From the NCBI GenBank assembly GCA_963828525.1, contig CAWHEP010000014.1, positions 96,001 through 160,000 on the forward strand: a stretch of DNA of 64,000 nt, read 5' to 3'. Shown here one piece after another: positions 1-9,853 of the stretch. The notes below the pieces were generated by a model. The model ran no database searches, was not told the origin of the DNA, and saw only the letters and a program-made list of their open reading frames with translations. Position 1 is the first letter of the stretch. Every line of letters begins with the position of its first letter. The stretch is from an uncultured Verrucomicrobiae bacterium (GTDB lineage: Bacteria; Verrucomicrobiota; Verrucomicrobiia; Chthoniobacterales; Chthoniobacteraceae). A program made the translations under genes and the position numbers.

Positions 1-23
1 ACTGACGTCTAAAGATTTCGGTC

Positions 24-941
24 ATGCTGCGATTCATCCTTCGGCGGTTTTTCGAGACGATCCCGGTTCTGTTTATCATTGCCACGCTCACTTTCTTCGG
101 CGTCCGGCTTGCTCCCGGGGGGCCGTTCGACGCCGAAAAGAATGTCACCCCCGAAATTCGTCGAAATCTCGAAGCCCACTATGGTTTGAACAAGCCTCTG
201 CTTGTCCAATACACCGACTACCTGAACAGTCTCCTTCACGGGGATCTGGGGCCCTCCTTTAAATACTCCAATCGCACCGTGAATGAACTCATCGGAGAAT
301 CTTTCCCGGTTTCACTTGAACTCGGCTTCTATGGTTTGCTCGTCGCCCTGATTCTTGGTCTCGCGGCGGGGATCGCCGCCGCGCTGCGCCCGCGCACGGC
401 CATCGACTACTTCGCGTCTTCGATCTCGATGGCGGGCATCTGTCTTCCCACCTTCGTTCTTGGACCCCTTTTGATTCTGATGTTTGCCCTCGGTCTACAT
501 AGATTCAACGCGCAAGGGTGGTTTGATCCCAGGGATAGGGTGCTGCCGGCGATCACGCTGGGAACCTACTACGCGGCCTATGTCGCTCGTCTCGCGCGAG
601 GCGGGATGATGGACATCCTCTCGCAGGATTTCATTCGGACGGCGCGGGCAAAGGGAGCGTCCGAGGCGCGGGTGATTTTAAGACATACGGTGAAAGGTGG
701 ATTGCTTCCGGTTGTCTCCTTCCTCGGTCCCGCCGTCGCGGGAATTATCACCGGCTCTTTCGTGGTCGAAACGATCTTTCAAATCCCAGGTCTCGGACGC
801 TTTTTTGTAACAGCGGCGCTGAATCGGGATTACACGATGGTGTTGGGTACTGTGTTGTTTTACGCCGTCCTCATCGTTTTTTTCAACCTCGTGGTTGACG
901 TCGTTCTCGTGTGTCTCAATCCGAAATTGAAGTTCGAATGA
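24..941 (+). CDS. oppB: Oligopeptide/dipeptide ABC transporter permease
   Basis: LAPGGPF...GDLGPSFKY N-terminus, EAA-like loop FIRTARAKG, and GSFVVETIFQIPGLGR...RDY; first gene of a co-oriented ABC operon. Confidence 0.92.
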   Translation: MLRFILRRFFETIPVLFIIATLTFFGVRLAPGGPFDAEKNVTPEIRRNLEAHYGLNKPLLVQYTDYLNSLLHGDLGPSFKYSNRTVNELIGESFPVSLELGFYGLLVALILGLAAGIAAALRPRTAIDYFASSISMAGICLPTFVLGPLLILMFALGLHRFNAQGWFDPRDRVLPAITLGTYYAAYVARLARGGMMDILSQDFIRTARAKGASEARVILRHTVKGGLLPVVSFLGPAVAGIITGSFVVETIFQIPGLGRFFVTAALNRDYTMVLGTVLFYAVLIVFFNLVVDVVLVCLNPKLKFE

Positions 942-1822
942 CAGAGCTGGAATCCAAGGTTGGTGAGAGCGGGGAGGGGAGTTCACCCTGGCGGCGCGCC
1001 GTCACTCGCCTGCGCGAGGACAAGCTCGCCAGCGCCGGCTTTGTCATCCTGGTGATTCTTTCCCTTGCTTGTGTCGTGGGCCCTTTCTTCAGCCCCTATG
1101 GCTATCAGGATCAGGACCTGTCCCTCGTCGCCTCTGGCCCCGCTCACTCGCACTGGCTTGGCACCGATGCCCTGGGTCGCGATCTTCTTACCCGGCTTCT
1201 GTATGGCGGACGCGTATCGATGCTCGTCGGTCTCGTCGCGACGGCCGTCTCTCTCGTAATCGGGGTTTTGTATGGCGCCATTTCAGGATTCTTTGGAGGG
1301 AAGATCGACTCACTCATGATGCGTTTCGTGGACATCATGTACGCGCTGCCTTTCACTATTTTCGTGATTCTGCTGATGGTTTTCTTTGGCAAGAAGTTTA
1401 TCCTCCTTTTTGTCGCGATTGGCGCTGTGGAGTGGCTCACCATGGCCCGCATCGTTCGCGGGCAGGTGCAGTCATTGAAGCGTCAGGAATTTATTGAAGC
1501 GGCGGAGGCGCTCGGTTTGTCACGCCGCCGGATCCTGATTCGGCACATGCTTCCAAACGTTGCTGGCGTGATCCTGGTCTACGCCACGCTTACCGTGCCC
1601 GAAGTGATGCTCCTGGAGGCGTTCCTCAGCTTTCTCGGCCTGGGAGTACAGCCTCCCATGAGTTCATGGGGGGTGCTCATTAGCGACGGGGCCCTGAGGA
1701 TGGAGGAGAACCCACTGATGCTGATCGCTCCCGCGCTCGCGCTGGCGCTCACCCTCTTTTCTCTAAACTTCCTTGGAGATGGACTCCGCGAGGCACTGGA
1801 TCCTCGCGGACAGGCGGCGTGA
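938..1822 (+). CDS. oppC: Oligopeptide ABC transporter permease
   Basis: HWLGTDALGRDL...GGRVS and EAFLSFLGLGVQPPMSSWG motifs; ATG at 938 overlaps the oppB stop (ATGA). Confidence 0.92.
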   Translation: MTELESKVGESGEGSSPWRRAVTRLREDKLASAGFVILVILSLACVVGPFFSPYGYQDQDLSLVASGPAHSHWLGTDALGRDLLTRLLYGGRVSMLVGLVATAVSLVIGVLYGAISGFFGGKIDSLMMRFVDIMYALPFTIFVILLMVFFGKKFILLFVAIGAVEWLTMARIVRGQVQSLKRQEFIEAAEALGLSRRRILIRHMLPNVAGVILVYATLTVPEVMLLEAFLSFLGLGVQPPMSSWGVLISDGALRMEENPLMLIAPALALALTLFSLNFLGDGLREALDPRGQAA

Positions 1823-1832
1823 ATAGAGCTGT

Positions 1833-2822
1833 ATGAAATCGCTTCTTGAAGTCCGCGGCTTGAGGACGCATTTCCATTCCCGCTCGGGAATCGCGCGCGC
1901 CGTGAACGGGATTTCATTTAACCTCGAGGAAGGGCAGACCCTGGGCATTGTGGGTGAATCGGGTTCTGGCAAATCCGTCACATGCTACTCGCTCATGCGA
2001 TTGATCCCTGAGCCGCCCGGCAGGATCGAGGCTGGAGAGGTGTATTTCGACGGCATTGACCTGCTGCGACTCCCGCCCGCGGAGATGTCCCGCATTCGGG
2101 GGAAGCGGATCTCCATGGTTTTCCAGGATCCAATGACGTCGCTGAACCCCTATCTTCGAGTGGAGGATCAGTTGATCGAGCCGCTGTTGATCCATGAACG
2201 CCTCAGCCGCAAGGAGGCAGTGCCCCGCGCCTTGAAAGCCCTGGAGGAGGTTGGAATCCAGGATGCGGCGCGCAGAATCCGGAGTTTCCCGCATGAGTTC
2301 TCAGGAGGAATGAGGCAGCGGGTGATGATCGCGATGGCCTTGATCGCCAGGCCTCAACTTCTGATAGCGGACGAACCGACGACAGCGTTGGACGTCACTG
2401 TGCAGGCTCAGATCCTCGATTTGATCAAGAGCATGCAGACCAAATCCGGAGGCATGGCTGTGATCTTCGTGACGCATGACCTCGGAATTGTGTCTGGTTT
2501 TTGCGACCGCGTGCTCGTCATGTACGCCGGGAACATAGTAGAGGCGGCGACGACGCAAGACTTGTTCTACGATACCCGCCATCCCTATACGAAGGCGCTC
2601 CAGAAGGCGGTGCCGTCGCTTCAGGCAAAGGGCGGGGAACTTTACACCATCAGCGGAGAACCGCCTGACATGTCCCGCCCGCTTCCTGGTTGTCCGTTCG
2701 CGCCGCGGTGCGCCTACGCGAAGGAGGAGTGCCGACTTGCGTCCATCCGGTTGGAAGAGGTGGCTCCGGGACACCTTTCAGCTTGCTTGCGAGTGCAACA
2801 AGGAGAGATCGATCTTCGATGA
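1833..2822 (+). CDS. oppD: Oligopeptide ABC transporter ATP-binding protein
   Basis: Walker A GESGSGKS, FSGGMRQR, ADEPTTALDV, HPYT and C-terminal GCPFAPRC. Confidence 0.92.
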   Translation: MKSLLEVRGLRTHFHSRSGIARAVNGISFNLEEGQTLGIVGESGSGKSVTCYSLMRLIPEPPGRIEAGEVYFDGIDLLRLPPAEMSRIRGKRISMVFQDPMTSLNPYLRVEDQLIEPLLIHERLSRKEAVPRALKALEEVGIQDAARRIRSFPHEFSGGMRQRVMIAMALIARPQLLIADEPTTALDVTVQAQILDLIKSMQTKSGGMAVIFVTHDLGIVSGFCDRVLVMYAGNIVEAATTQDLFYDTRHPYTKALQKAVPSLQAKGGELYTISGEPPDMSRPLPGCPFAPRCAYAKEECRLASIRLEEVAPGHLSACLRVQQGEIDLR

Positions 2823-3802
2823 TTGCCCCGCCGCTGCTCAAAGTAACTGATCTGCGAACCCATTTTCCTGTGGAGAAAGGAGTTCTGTTCCGCCGTCTGC
2901 TTGGCACGGTGAAGGCGGTGGATGGGGTGTCCCTGGAGGTTGCGAAAGGGGAGACGCTTGGGTTGGTGGGAGAGTCCGGATGCGGCAAGTCCACGCTTGG
3001 TCGCACGATCATACAGATGATCCGACCTACTTCAGGCGCCGTGTTCCTGGAAAATGTGAATCTTGCCGGATTGAAGCGCCGGGAACTCAGGGCGGCTCGC
3101 GCGGATTTCCAGATGATCTTCCAGGATCCTTACGCGACACTCAACCCGCGCATGACCATATCTGACGCGCTCCTGGAGGCGGTTTGCGCGCATAGGCGGG
3201 TTTCTGATCCCGCAGCGGAGGTTTCCCAGCTTCTGGAGAAAGTGGGGCTCGGGTCCAGATTCCTGTCTAAATTTCCCTATGAGTTTTCAGGCGGTCAGAG
3301 GCAGCGGATCGCTATCGCGCGCGCCTTGGCCGTGAGGCCAAAGCTCATCATCGCCGACGAGCCCGTTTCCGCCCTGGATGTCTCGATCCAGGCCCAAATA
3401 TTGAATCTCCTGACGACGATCCGAGGTGAAATGGGTCTCACGATGATCTTCATCTCTCACGATCTCTCAGTGGTGAAGCATATCTCAGATCGCATCGCGG
3501 TGATGTATCTCGGCAGAATCGTAGAGCAGGGGAACGCCGTGGATGTGGTCGAAAGGCCGCTGCACCCGTACACCAAAGCGCTCGTAAGCGCCGTGCCCAT
3601 CCCGGATCCCGCGCGGGAAAAAGCCCGTCGCCGCATTTCGCTGGAGGGTGACCCGCCCTCGCCGATCAATCCTCCCTCGGGATGTCCATTTCACCCGAGA
3701 TGCTCCTACGCCATTCCACAATGCGCGTCACAAGTTCCACAACTGGAGGAATTCGGATCCGGGCGGACAGTGGCCTGCATCCGCGCGCGGCAGATCAATT
3801 AA
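2819..3802 (+). CDS. oppF: Oligopeptide ABC transporter ATP-binding protein
   Basis: VKAVDGVS, GESGCGKST, FSGGQRQR, DEPVSALDVS, SPINPPSGCPFHPRC; ATG at 2819 overlaps the oppD stop. Confidence 0.92.
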   Translation: MIAPPLLKVTDLRTHFPVEKGVLFRRLLGTVKAVDGVSLEVAKGETLGLVGESGCGKSTLGRTIIQMIRPTSGAVFLENVNLAGLKRRELRAARADFQMIFQDPYATLNPRMTISDALLEAVCAHRRVSDPAAEVSQLLEKVGLGSRFLSKFPYEFSGGQRQRIAIARALAVRPKLIIADEPVSALDVSIQAQILNLLTTIRGEMGLTMIFISHDLSVVKHISDRIAVMYLGRIVEQGNAVDVVERPLHPYTKALVSAVPIPDPAREKARRRISLEGDPPSPINPPSGCPFHPRCSYAIPQCASQVPQLEEFGSGRTVACIRARQIN

Positions 3803-3808
3803 CGCTAC

Positions 3809-4564
3809 TCAGCCCCGAGGTTCTTTGCTATAGGCCCGGATCGCATCCCTCAGCTGCGCCGCTTTCTCGTACGCCTCCGACTCGATCGCCTTGTCCATCT
3901 CGCGCTGCATCATCTCCAGCTTGGTGAGAGGACGCTTGGCGCGAACCTCCTCCAGCCATTCATCCAGAAAAGTGACTTCTGGACTCTTCTCGGCCAGTTC
4001 CGGATTTCCGATCTCCTGATAGACGGTTATGATCTTCTCACGGCCCTCTTCGATGAGGCGCACAGTTGCCGCGAAGTCATCTTTCTCCAACTCGAGCGAA
4101 GCGCGCGCGCGTGTGTTCATCATCAGCACGTACGGCCGGAACTGCTCCATCGCCGTGCCGAGCTCCTCGCGCTCCGCGTATTTCACGATAAAGTCGAATA
4201 AATCCAGATTCCGCTGGGTGTCCCGGATGACTCCGCTGAAGTCATTGAGTTGAAAAAAGCTGATATACCGGTGGTAATACTGGATGCCCTCTTGCTGCAG
4301 TTCCCCGCATTCGTCCGCCGTCAGTGTGTAAGTCTGCCCAGCTCTCTCCTTCTCGCGCGCAAGGCCCTGGTGATGGATTAGGAGCGATTCGCTATCGTGA
4401 GGCCGCTGTCCGTCCGGTCTGCCCGTCACGTCCATCTGGATGAGCCCCAGATCGATCCGGAGCTGCAGTTTTTCCCGCCCGTCCATGCCGACGATCTTTC
4501 GCACCTTGATCTGTCCCGGTTCGTGCGGCCAGTCCCTCAGCAAATTATTCAGGTCCAGATTCAT
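3809..4564 (-). CDS. Conserved protein with C-terminal UvrB/UvrC (UVR) coiled-coil motif
   Basis: C-terminal MDKAIESEAYEKAAQLRDAI is a UVR motif; the N-terminal part (LQLRIDLGLIQM..GRPDG.RP) is of unknown function. Confidence 0.75.
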   Translation of the reverse strand: MNLDLNNLLRDWPHEPGQIKVRKIVGMDGREKLQLRIDLGLIQMDVTGRPDGQRPHDSESLLIHHQGLAREKERAGQTYTLTADECGELQQEGIQYYHRYISFFQLNDFSGVIRDTQRNLDLFDFIVKYAEREELGTAMEQFRPYVLMMNTRARASLELEKDDFAATVRLIEEGREKIITVYQEIGNPELAEKSPEVTFLDEWLEEVRAKRPLTKLEMMQREMDKAIESEAYEKAAQLRDAIRAYSKEPRG

Positions 4565-4575
4565 CTCGTAAATTC

Positions 4576-4604
4576 AATATCCAAATCGAATCTTCGTTTG
4601 TCAA
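4576..4604 (-). promoter_or_regulatory. Putative sigma70 promoter of the UVR-motif gene
   Basis: Minus strand TTGACA-N17-GATATT, 11 nt upstream of the ATG; the spacer holds an imperfect palindrome (CAAACGAA-GA-TTCGATTTG). Confidence 0.4.
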
Positions 4605-4740
4605 TGGAGCGCGGGCATCGCCGCTGCTTTCTTCGTTGGATTTCCAAACGGCGGTCCCGCGATCAGAAGCCATCACCTAAAACCCAACCGCGCGCGTCTC
4701 GCGTAGCGATACAGCGGTGTAAAGCAGGACCTCCCAATTC

Positions 4741-5196
4741 ATGAAACCAGAAGAGCCAATTACCCGCGAGAAACTTGTCGAACTACTGAATGAAGACCTT
4801 GCCCGGGAGTACCAGGCGGTCATCGCGTACGTCACCTATAGCCAGACGTTAAAGGGGGCTGAATACAGCGACATTGCCGGAGAACTCGAAACCCACGCCA
4901 GCGAGGAACTCGCCCATGCGATCGCCATAGCGAATCAGGTGGACTACTTTGGTGGCGAACCGGTCACCGTCCCCAAAGAAGTGAAGCAGTCCGACAAACC
5001 GACGGACATGCTCCAGTTCGATCTCAATAATGAGAAGGAGACCATCATCAACTACCGCGCCCGCATCCGGCAGGCCGAGGCGCTTGGCGAATACGCGCTC
5101 AGCGAGGTCCTGCGCAAAATCATCGTGCAGGAACAGGATCACCTCCAGGACTTAGCGGACGCGCTCGGGATCGACGCCCCGATCATCAGCGACTGA
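4741..5196 (+). CDS. Ferritin-like (bacterioferritin-related) four-helix bundle protein
   Basis: LNEDLAREYQAVIAY, EELAH, DLNNEKETI..Y and EQDH di-iron ligand pattern. Confidence 0.8.
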   Translation: MKPEEPITREKLVELLNEDLAREYQAVIAYVTYSQTLKGAEYSDIAGELETHASEELAHAIAIANQVDYFGGEPVTVPKEVKQSDKPTDMLQFDLNNEKETIINYRARIRQAEALGEYALSEVLRKIIVQEQDHLQDLADALGIDAPIISD

Positions 5197-5227
5197 CACC
5201 GTGGCGAAAGCCTGCGGTAGAAAGCCG

Positions 5228-5788
5228 TCAATTTTTTACCGCTGTCTCGACCCCTTTTTGCGTCCACACATAGGCGCCGTCGGGCTTTAGCGTTTCGACC
5301 CATTCTCCATTGAACGCGCTGTGCTCAGCAAGGGCAGCCTGCTGTTTTTGCACGTCCGCCAGGGAGATCTTTTGAGTTAACGCCATCTGCTGCATCAGCA
5401 GCGCGCGGTCCTTGTTCTCGTCCGCGACCAGCCCGCGCGCATAGGCGCCGTACTCGCCGGGAGCATCGTTGCGGATGGCGAGAAGCCCCAGATGATTCTC
5501 GCCCACCAAACGCGAGTTCTTCAGCGGCTGTATCTCACCCAGCCGCGCTCGCCTTCGGTTTTGCGCTTCCTCTGGCGTGTCGGGCGTGGCAACTGCGGGA
5601 GCGGGTTTCTTTTCCGCGACTCCTTGCCCGTGCTGATAGACATCCAGCTTCATATCGATGTTCACCTTTATTGGCTGCGGAGTGGAAAGGCTCACTGAAG
5701 GCAGCGAACATCCAGATAACCCAAACAGGGAAGTGGCAAGCACGACACTTCGCCACAGCCGCTGAGTTATCCGAGACCGCTTGCTCAC
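5228..5788 (-). CDS. Lipoprotein with YnbE-like N-terminus and YdbL/DUF1318-like C-terminal domain
   Basis: Lipobox LSGC, then PQPIKVNIDMKLDV, then LVGENHLGLL...LVADENKDR...GEWV....G.W.QK; GTG start overlaps the upstream stop. Confidence 0.7.
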   Translation of the reverse strand: MSKRSRITQRLWRSVVLATSLFGLSGCSLPSVSLSTPQPIKVNIDMKLDVYQHGQGVAEKKPAPAVATPDTPEEAQNRRRARLGEIQPLKNSRLVGENHLGLLAIRNDAPGEYGAYARGLVADENKDRALLMQQMALTQKISLADVQKQQAALAEHSAFNGEWVETLKPDGAYVWTQKGVETAVKN

Positions 5789-8199
5789 GGGCGTCGCGCG
5801 AGGGTCGCGCTCTCCTGGGCTCCGTGGAGGACCGCGTCGAAATTCCGGGAACCTCCCGGCCCGCGCAGGTTCAGCTTCAGCTCGCCTCGATCTCCGGTAA
5901 ACCAGAATGAACCGTTGCCGTTGCTGTAATCAAAGTCGCGCAGCGTCTCAAGCCCAATGCGGGTCAAGCTGGTTTTAAGCAGCGTCCAGCCAGCCGGGAG
6001 CTGGCCCAGCACTTCATCCAGCTTGGTGACCTTCAGCTTTCCTGGCCGCGGGATTGTGAAACTGCCTAGCATTCGCTGAATGTCATGATTTAAGCCGTTC
6101 ACTTCCAGTTTGAAATCGCCGGGGCCCGTCATCTGTATGTTTTTCGGCGCCATCACATCCGTGACCCCGCGCAGGTCGACCTTTGTCCCCGACATCCAGC
6201 CCGTCCAGGGGGACGCGTCTTGCGTGAAGAAGCTGAAGCCCCCTGTCAGGTAACCTCCATAGGCGGCGCCGCCCACCTGCCCGTAAATGCCTTCCTTGTC
6301 GTACGTCACCGAGAAATAGAACTGGCTTCCGACAAACTGCCTCCAGCGGATTTCCGACGTTTGCAAAGTATGGACAAGATTATCGCTATGCTTCTCAGGA
6401 GGCAGTCCGAACTCGATCTTCCCAAACAGCTTTCGCAATTCCAACTGGTAATCGGGAAACCGGTAATCCGACTGCGGTATGTCCAGCTTCAGCTTCAACT
6501 GGACATCATCCAGATTGCTGAAGTCCAGATTCGTCGCGGCCCATGAAAATCGCATGGGAAGGGCCACGCTCGTCTTGCCGCCGTTCGTGATCAGGATTTC
6601 GCCGAGACTCGCGCCCAGCTTCCGGATGATCCAGCGCGGCGCGGGGGCTGGCCCGGCCTCGGGCGCGGCTTGTACCGCCGGTTGTTTTTGTTTTAGCGCG
6701 TCTGCATACCAAAAAAGGTCTTCGCCCACGAAGATTTGGGGACTCACGAGGCTGATCTCCTCAATTTCATTCCGCAACAACTGCGCCAGCGAGAACCTGG
6801 CGAAGATAGTCTTCAACGTCACCACTGGCACGAAGGGGTCCAGCGGTGAGTGAATCGAAATATCGGAGAGCTCCACCGTCTGCGTGATGTTGCTGGCAAG
6901 CCCAGGATCGGCGCTGAGGGCGACGTCACTCAGATCGGTGCGCAGGTAGATGCCCAGATCCGGAACGCCGAGACCGATTTCCGAAAGGAAGATATATCCG
7001 CTCTGAATCGAGAGATCGCGCACACGCCACGGTGTCACTGCCGCGATGGCTCCAGCGCCTCCCGGCGCGTTCCCGGACGCGCTCGGCAGCAGCGAGCGAA
7101 GCTGCCGCCCCACGCTCACCCACAGCCCGGTCGTTTCGATCTTTGCGATCTCTTTCCGGCCTAATCCGGCGGTGGAGAAGTCAATCTGCAGCGAGTCGAG
7201 CAGCGCGAACGGGTGCAACGGGTCCTGCGGCGCCGCGCATCGCACGTCCCACAGCTGCGCGGTCTGCGTCTTTTCATCCGCGACCGGCCCGCCCAGCGTG
7301 AAGTCCGCCGCGTCCAGGGTGTATTTGAAAGATACATCCGGCACAGACGGCCCAAGCCCGGATGCGGACGCCTCGCCATCCCTTAACTTAAGTTTCCCGC
7401 AACGCCAGGCGTCTTCAGTCGCCGCCGTTGCGGCAGAAGCTTTTGCGCTGGCTGGAGCTGCCGAAAGTTCCCGGATCAGTTCTGGATCGGCATGCGACGA
7501 GGGCGCGGTCACGACAACCTCTTCCACCCGTTTGCGCGCAAGCTGGTCGATTGTGAACTGGATCGCGACGCCTTTGACACCGGCCATCCTCCGAGGCCTC
7601 GGCTCGCGGCTGAGAACCTCGATGTTATTTAGCTCGAGGCTCTGCATCTCACGGGACCAGCGGGTATCGGAAGTGAGATACACATTCTTCAGTTGCGAAC
7701 TGAAATCGAACTCAACGCGCGGGGCCGTTCCCGTATCGACAGAGCACTTCCCCGAGCGGATTGACACCCTGCCGACCTGCCACAGCGCGCTTTCGTCGTT
7801 TGTCTCTGCCGGCGCCTTCGCGGCGGAACCTGGCAGCGCGGATAGCGGATTCCCGATCTTTATCGACGCGCCGGTAATCTCCACCCCGGCAATGCGATGC
7901 CGCCATAAGTCGGGCGCGGAGAAATCCACTTTCACCGCCGACAGCGATAGTAACGGCTTTTGGCTGTTGCGAGGCCTGAGATCGACACCCGCGAGATCCA
8001 CCCGCGACATCCCTGAAAGCTTCGCGTCGGCAATCCGCAGCGAATACCCTCCCAGCTCGCGGTTTGCCACAAACGCCAGCGTTTCGGCAAAGTGCTCCAC
8101 CACCCAGCAGGCAGCGAGGACGATCACCACCCCCGCGACGAAGAGCGGATAGAAGATCAGGCGCAGCCAGAGCCGAAGCCGTGAGCGCCTGGCCTTCAT
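5785..8199 (-). CDS. YdbH/AsmA-like bridge-type envelope protein with internal repeats
   Basis: N-terminal TM anchor, beta-rich tandem repeats, C-terminal LETLRDFDY...[12 protein letters not shown] at 8199 overlaps the trmD stop (ATGA); adjacent to the ydbL-like gene. Confidence 0.6.
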   Translation of the reverse strand: MKARRSRLRLWLRLIFYPLFVAGVVIVLAACWVVEHFAETLAFVANRELGGYSLRIADAKLSGMSRVDLAGVDLRPRNSQKPLLSLSAVKVDFSAPDLWRHRIAGVEITGASIKIGNPLSALPGSAAKAPAETNDESALWQVGRVSIRSGKCSVDTGTAPRVEFDFSSQLKNVYLTSDTRWSREMQSLELNNIEVLSREPRPRRMAGVKGVAIQFTIDQLARKRVEEVVVTAPSSHADPELIRELSAAPASAKASAATAATEDAWRCGKLKLRDGEASASGLGPSVPDVSFKYTLDAADFTLGGPVADEKTQTAQLWDVRCAAPQDPLHPFALLDSLQIDFSTAGLGRKEIAKIETTGLWVSVGRQLRSLLPSASGNAPGGAGAIAAVTPWRVRDLSIQSGYIFLSEIGLGVPDLGIYLRTDLSDVALSADPGLASNITQTVELSDISIHSPLDPFVPVVTLKTIFARFSLAQLLRNEIEEISLVSPQIFVGEDLFWYADALKQKQPAVQAAPEAGPAPAPRWIIRKLGASLGEILITNGGKTSVALPMRFSWAATNLDFSNLDDVQLKLKLDIPQSDYRFPDYQLELRKLFGKIEFGLPPEKHSDNLVHTLQTSEIRWRQFVGSQFYFSVTYDKEGIYGQVGGAAYGGYLTGGFSFFTQDASPWTGWMSGTKVDLRGVTDVMAPKNIQMTGPGDFKLEVNGLNHDIQRMLGSFTIPRPGKLKVTKLDEVLGQLPAGWTLLKTSLTRIGLETLRDFDYSNGNGSFWFTGDRGELKLNLRGPGGSRNFDAVLHGAQESATLARRP

Positions 8200-8864
8200 G
8201 CCAGCAAATCCGGGCGTGTCTTTTGGGTCTTTTCCAACGATCTCTGCCGCCTCCACTCGGCGATCGCCGCGTGGTTCCCTGAAAGCAATATTTCAGGCAC
8301 ACGCCACCCCTTGTACTCCACCGGGCGCGTGTAATGCGGAAACTCGAGCGCGCCTCCCGAAAATGAATCCTGCGCCGCCGAATCTTCATCCCCCAGCACC
8401 CCCGGGATCAGCCGCACCACGGCATCGGTGAACACGAGAGCCGCGACAGCCCCGTTCGTCAGCACATAATCGCCGATGGAGATTTCGTCGTCTGCGACAT
8501 GCTCCGCCACGCGGGCGTCCACTCCCTCGTAATGTCCGCACACCAGGATCAAGTGGGAAACAGCCGAAAACTCCTTTGCGATGGCATGGCTAAACCGCCG
8601 ACCCGCGGGCGACATGAGCACGACCCGCGTCCCTTGCTGCCTCAACGATTCTACCGCTTCAAAGATCGGTTCCACTTTCATCACCATGCCCTGGCCCCCG
8701 CCGTAGGGCGCGTCATCTGTTACGTGGTGCTTGTCACGCGCCCAATCGCGGATGTTGTGAACATGGATCGATGCCAGCCCCTTATCCCGAGCGCGCTTCA
8801 TCATGCTCTCCGCGAGCGCTCCCTCACAGATGCCGGGGAACAGTGTCAGGATATCAACGCGCAT
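8196..8864 (-). CDS. trmD: tRNA (guanine37-N1)-methyltransferase
   Basis: [61 protein letters not shown]; true start at 8864, the ORF-track N-terminal extension is spurious. Confidence 0.96.
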   Translation of the reverse strand: MRVDILTLFPGICEGALAESMMKRARDKGLASIHVHNIRDWARDKHHVTDDAPYGGGQGMVMKVEPIFEAVESLRQQGTRVVLMSPAGRRFSHAIAKEFSAVSHLILVCGHYEGVDARVAEHVADDEISIGDYVLTNGAVAALVFTDAVVRLIPGVLGDEDSAAQDSFSGGALEFPHYTRPVEYKGWRVPEILLSGNHAAIAEWRRQRSLEKTQKTRPDLLA

Positions 8865-9025
8865 TGCCTTACTTTCTTCCAGCCGACGAGGCTTGCGACA
8901 AGCTGTTTCGTGGCGCGGGCCGGGCATATTGCCTAGTTCTAGAGAACTCCAAGGGAACACCGGGCGCGTTGGAAGAGAAATCCATTGCCTCATAATGATG
9001 GACACCACGACGTCTCGCTTTTGGA

Positions 9026-9053
9026 TCGACATCCGTTTCGCATCCGTTATGGT
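9026..9053 (+). promoter_or_regulatory. Putative TA promoter with direct-repeat operator
   Basis: TCGACA-N16-TATGGT ending 6 nt before ATG 9060; CATCCGTT occurs twice, at 9030 and 9041. Confidence 0.45.
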
Positions 9054-9059
9054 TTCACT

Positions 9060-9302
9060 ATGCCTACAATCACCCTTAAAAATGTTCCAGAGGATGTTCA
9101 CTCTGCGCTCAAGCAGCGAGCCAAACGCCACAAACGGTCGCTCAATCAGGAAGCGATTTTTTGCCTCGACTTTGCACTCGGCCGCCGTTCCCGCGATCCA
9201 CGAACCCTTCTGGATGAAATTCGTAATCTCCGTTCCCACATTTCCATGAAGCGGGTGAGTCTGGATTGGATTGACAGCGCAAAACGCCAAGGGCGTTCAT
9301 GA
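9060..9302 (+). CDS. Arc/FitA-like ribbon-helix-helix antitoxin
   Basis: [31 protein letters not shown] is a typical RHH; its stop overlaps the PIN toxin start. Confidence 0.85.
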   Translation: MPTITLKNVPEDVHSALKQRAKRHKRSLNQEAIFCLDFALGRRSRDPRTLLDEIRNLRSHISMKRVSLDWIDSAKRQGRS

Positions 9303-9703
9303 TCGTTGCCGATACCAGCCTGATCGCCTCGCTGCTCCTTTCAACGCCAGCAACAGCAATTGCCGAGGCGGTTCTGGAAAAAGACCCCGATTGGACGGCG
9401 CCTGCACTGTGGCGCTACGAGTTCAAAAATGTCCTGGCGACCCAAGTTCGTGTTTTGGGGTTGCCGCTGGATCAAGCCGTGGCCCTCTTTGAGAAGGCTG
9501 AGGAAGTGATCGTCGATCCCGCGATTGAAGTAGAACCGGGAGCGGTCCTTCGCCTTGCCGGCGCCAAAAAGCTCTCTGCATACGACGCCGAATTCGTCGG
9601 CCTCGCCCTCGCTTTGAAAGCAAAACTGGTAACCGTTGACAGCGGAATTCTCAAAGCCGTCCCCGATCTGGCCATCTCACCCGATGCTTTCGCAACCGCC
9701 TGA
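9299..9703 (+). CDS. vapC: PIN-domain VapC-family toxin
   Basis: MIVADTS, YEFKNVL, LSAYDAEFV and LVTVD acidic PIN residues. Confidence 0.88.
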   Translation: MIVADTSLIASLLLSTPATAIAEAVLEKDPDWTAPALWRYEFKNVLATQVRVLGLPLDQAVALFEKAEEVIVDPAIEVEPGAVLRLAGAKKLSAYDAEFVGLALALKAKLVTVDSGILKAVPDLAISPDAFATA

Positions 9704-9771
9704 TAATTTGGTTTTTGATCGTGAGGAAGTGATCTCCCATCCATGACCCGCTTTTGTGGCTCTTCGCTGTT

Positions 9772-9853
9772 CTAACAGACTGTTCAAAACACGCCTGCCT
9801 TTTTATACCAAACGACCCCCGCAAAACCACGCCTTTTTTAAAAGGCCTGTTAG
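9772..9853. repeat. 82-bp element with imperfect terminal inverted repeats (MITE-like or solo attC-like)
   Basis: Left end CTAACAGACTGTTCAAAA, right end TTTTAAAAGGCCTGTTAG (reverse complement CTAACAGGCCTTTTAAAA). Confidence 0.55.

Noticed and set aside
7046..8152. Long antisense ORFs (also 27955-28980, 37393-38394, 14249-15040)
   Set aside because: They are shadows of real genes on the opposite strand, expected in GC-rich DNA, with no recognisable motifs.
8865..9290. 141-aa N-terminal extension of TrmD in the ORF track
   Set aside because: It overlaps the opposite-strand antitoxin gene; TrmD homology begins at [10 protein letters not shown] (8864).
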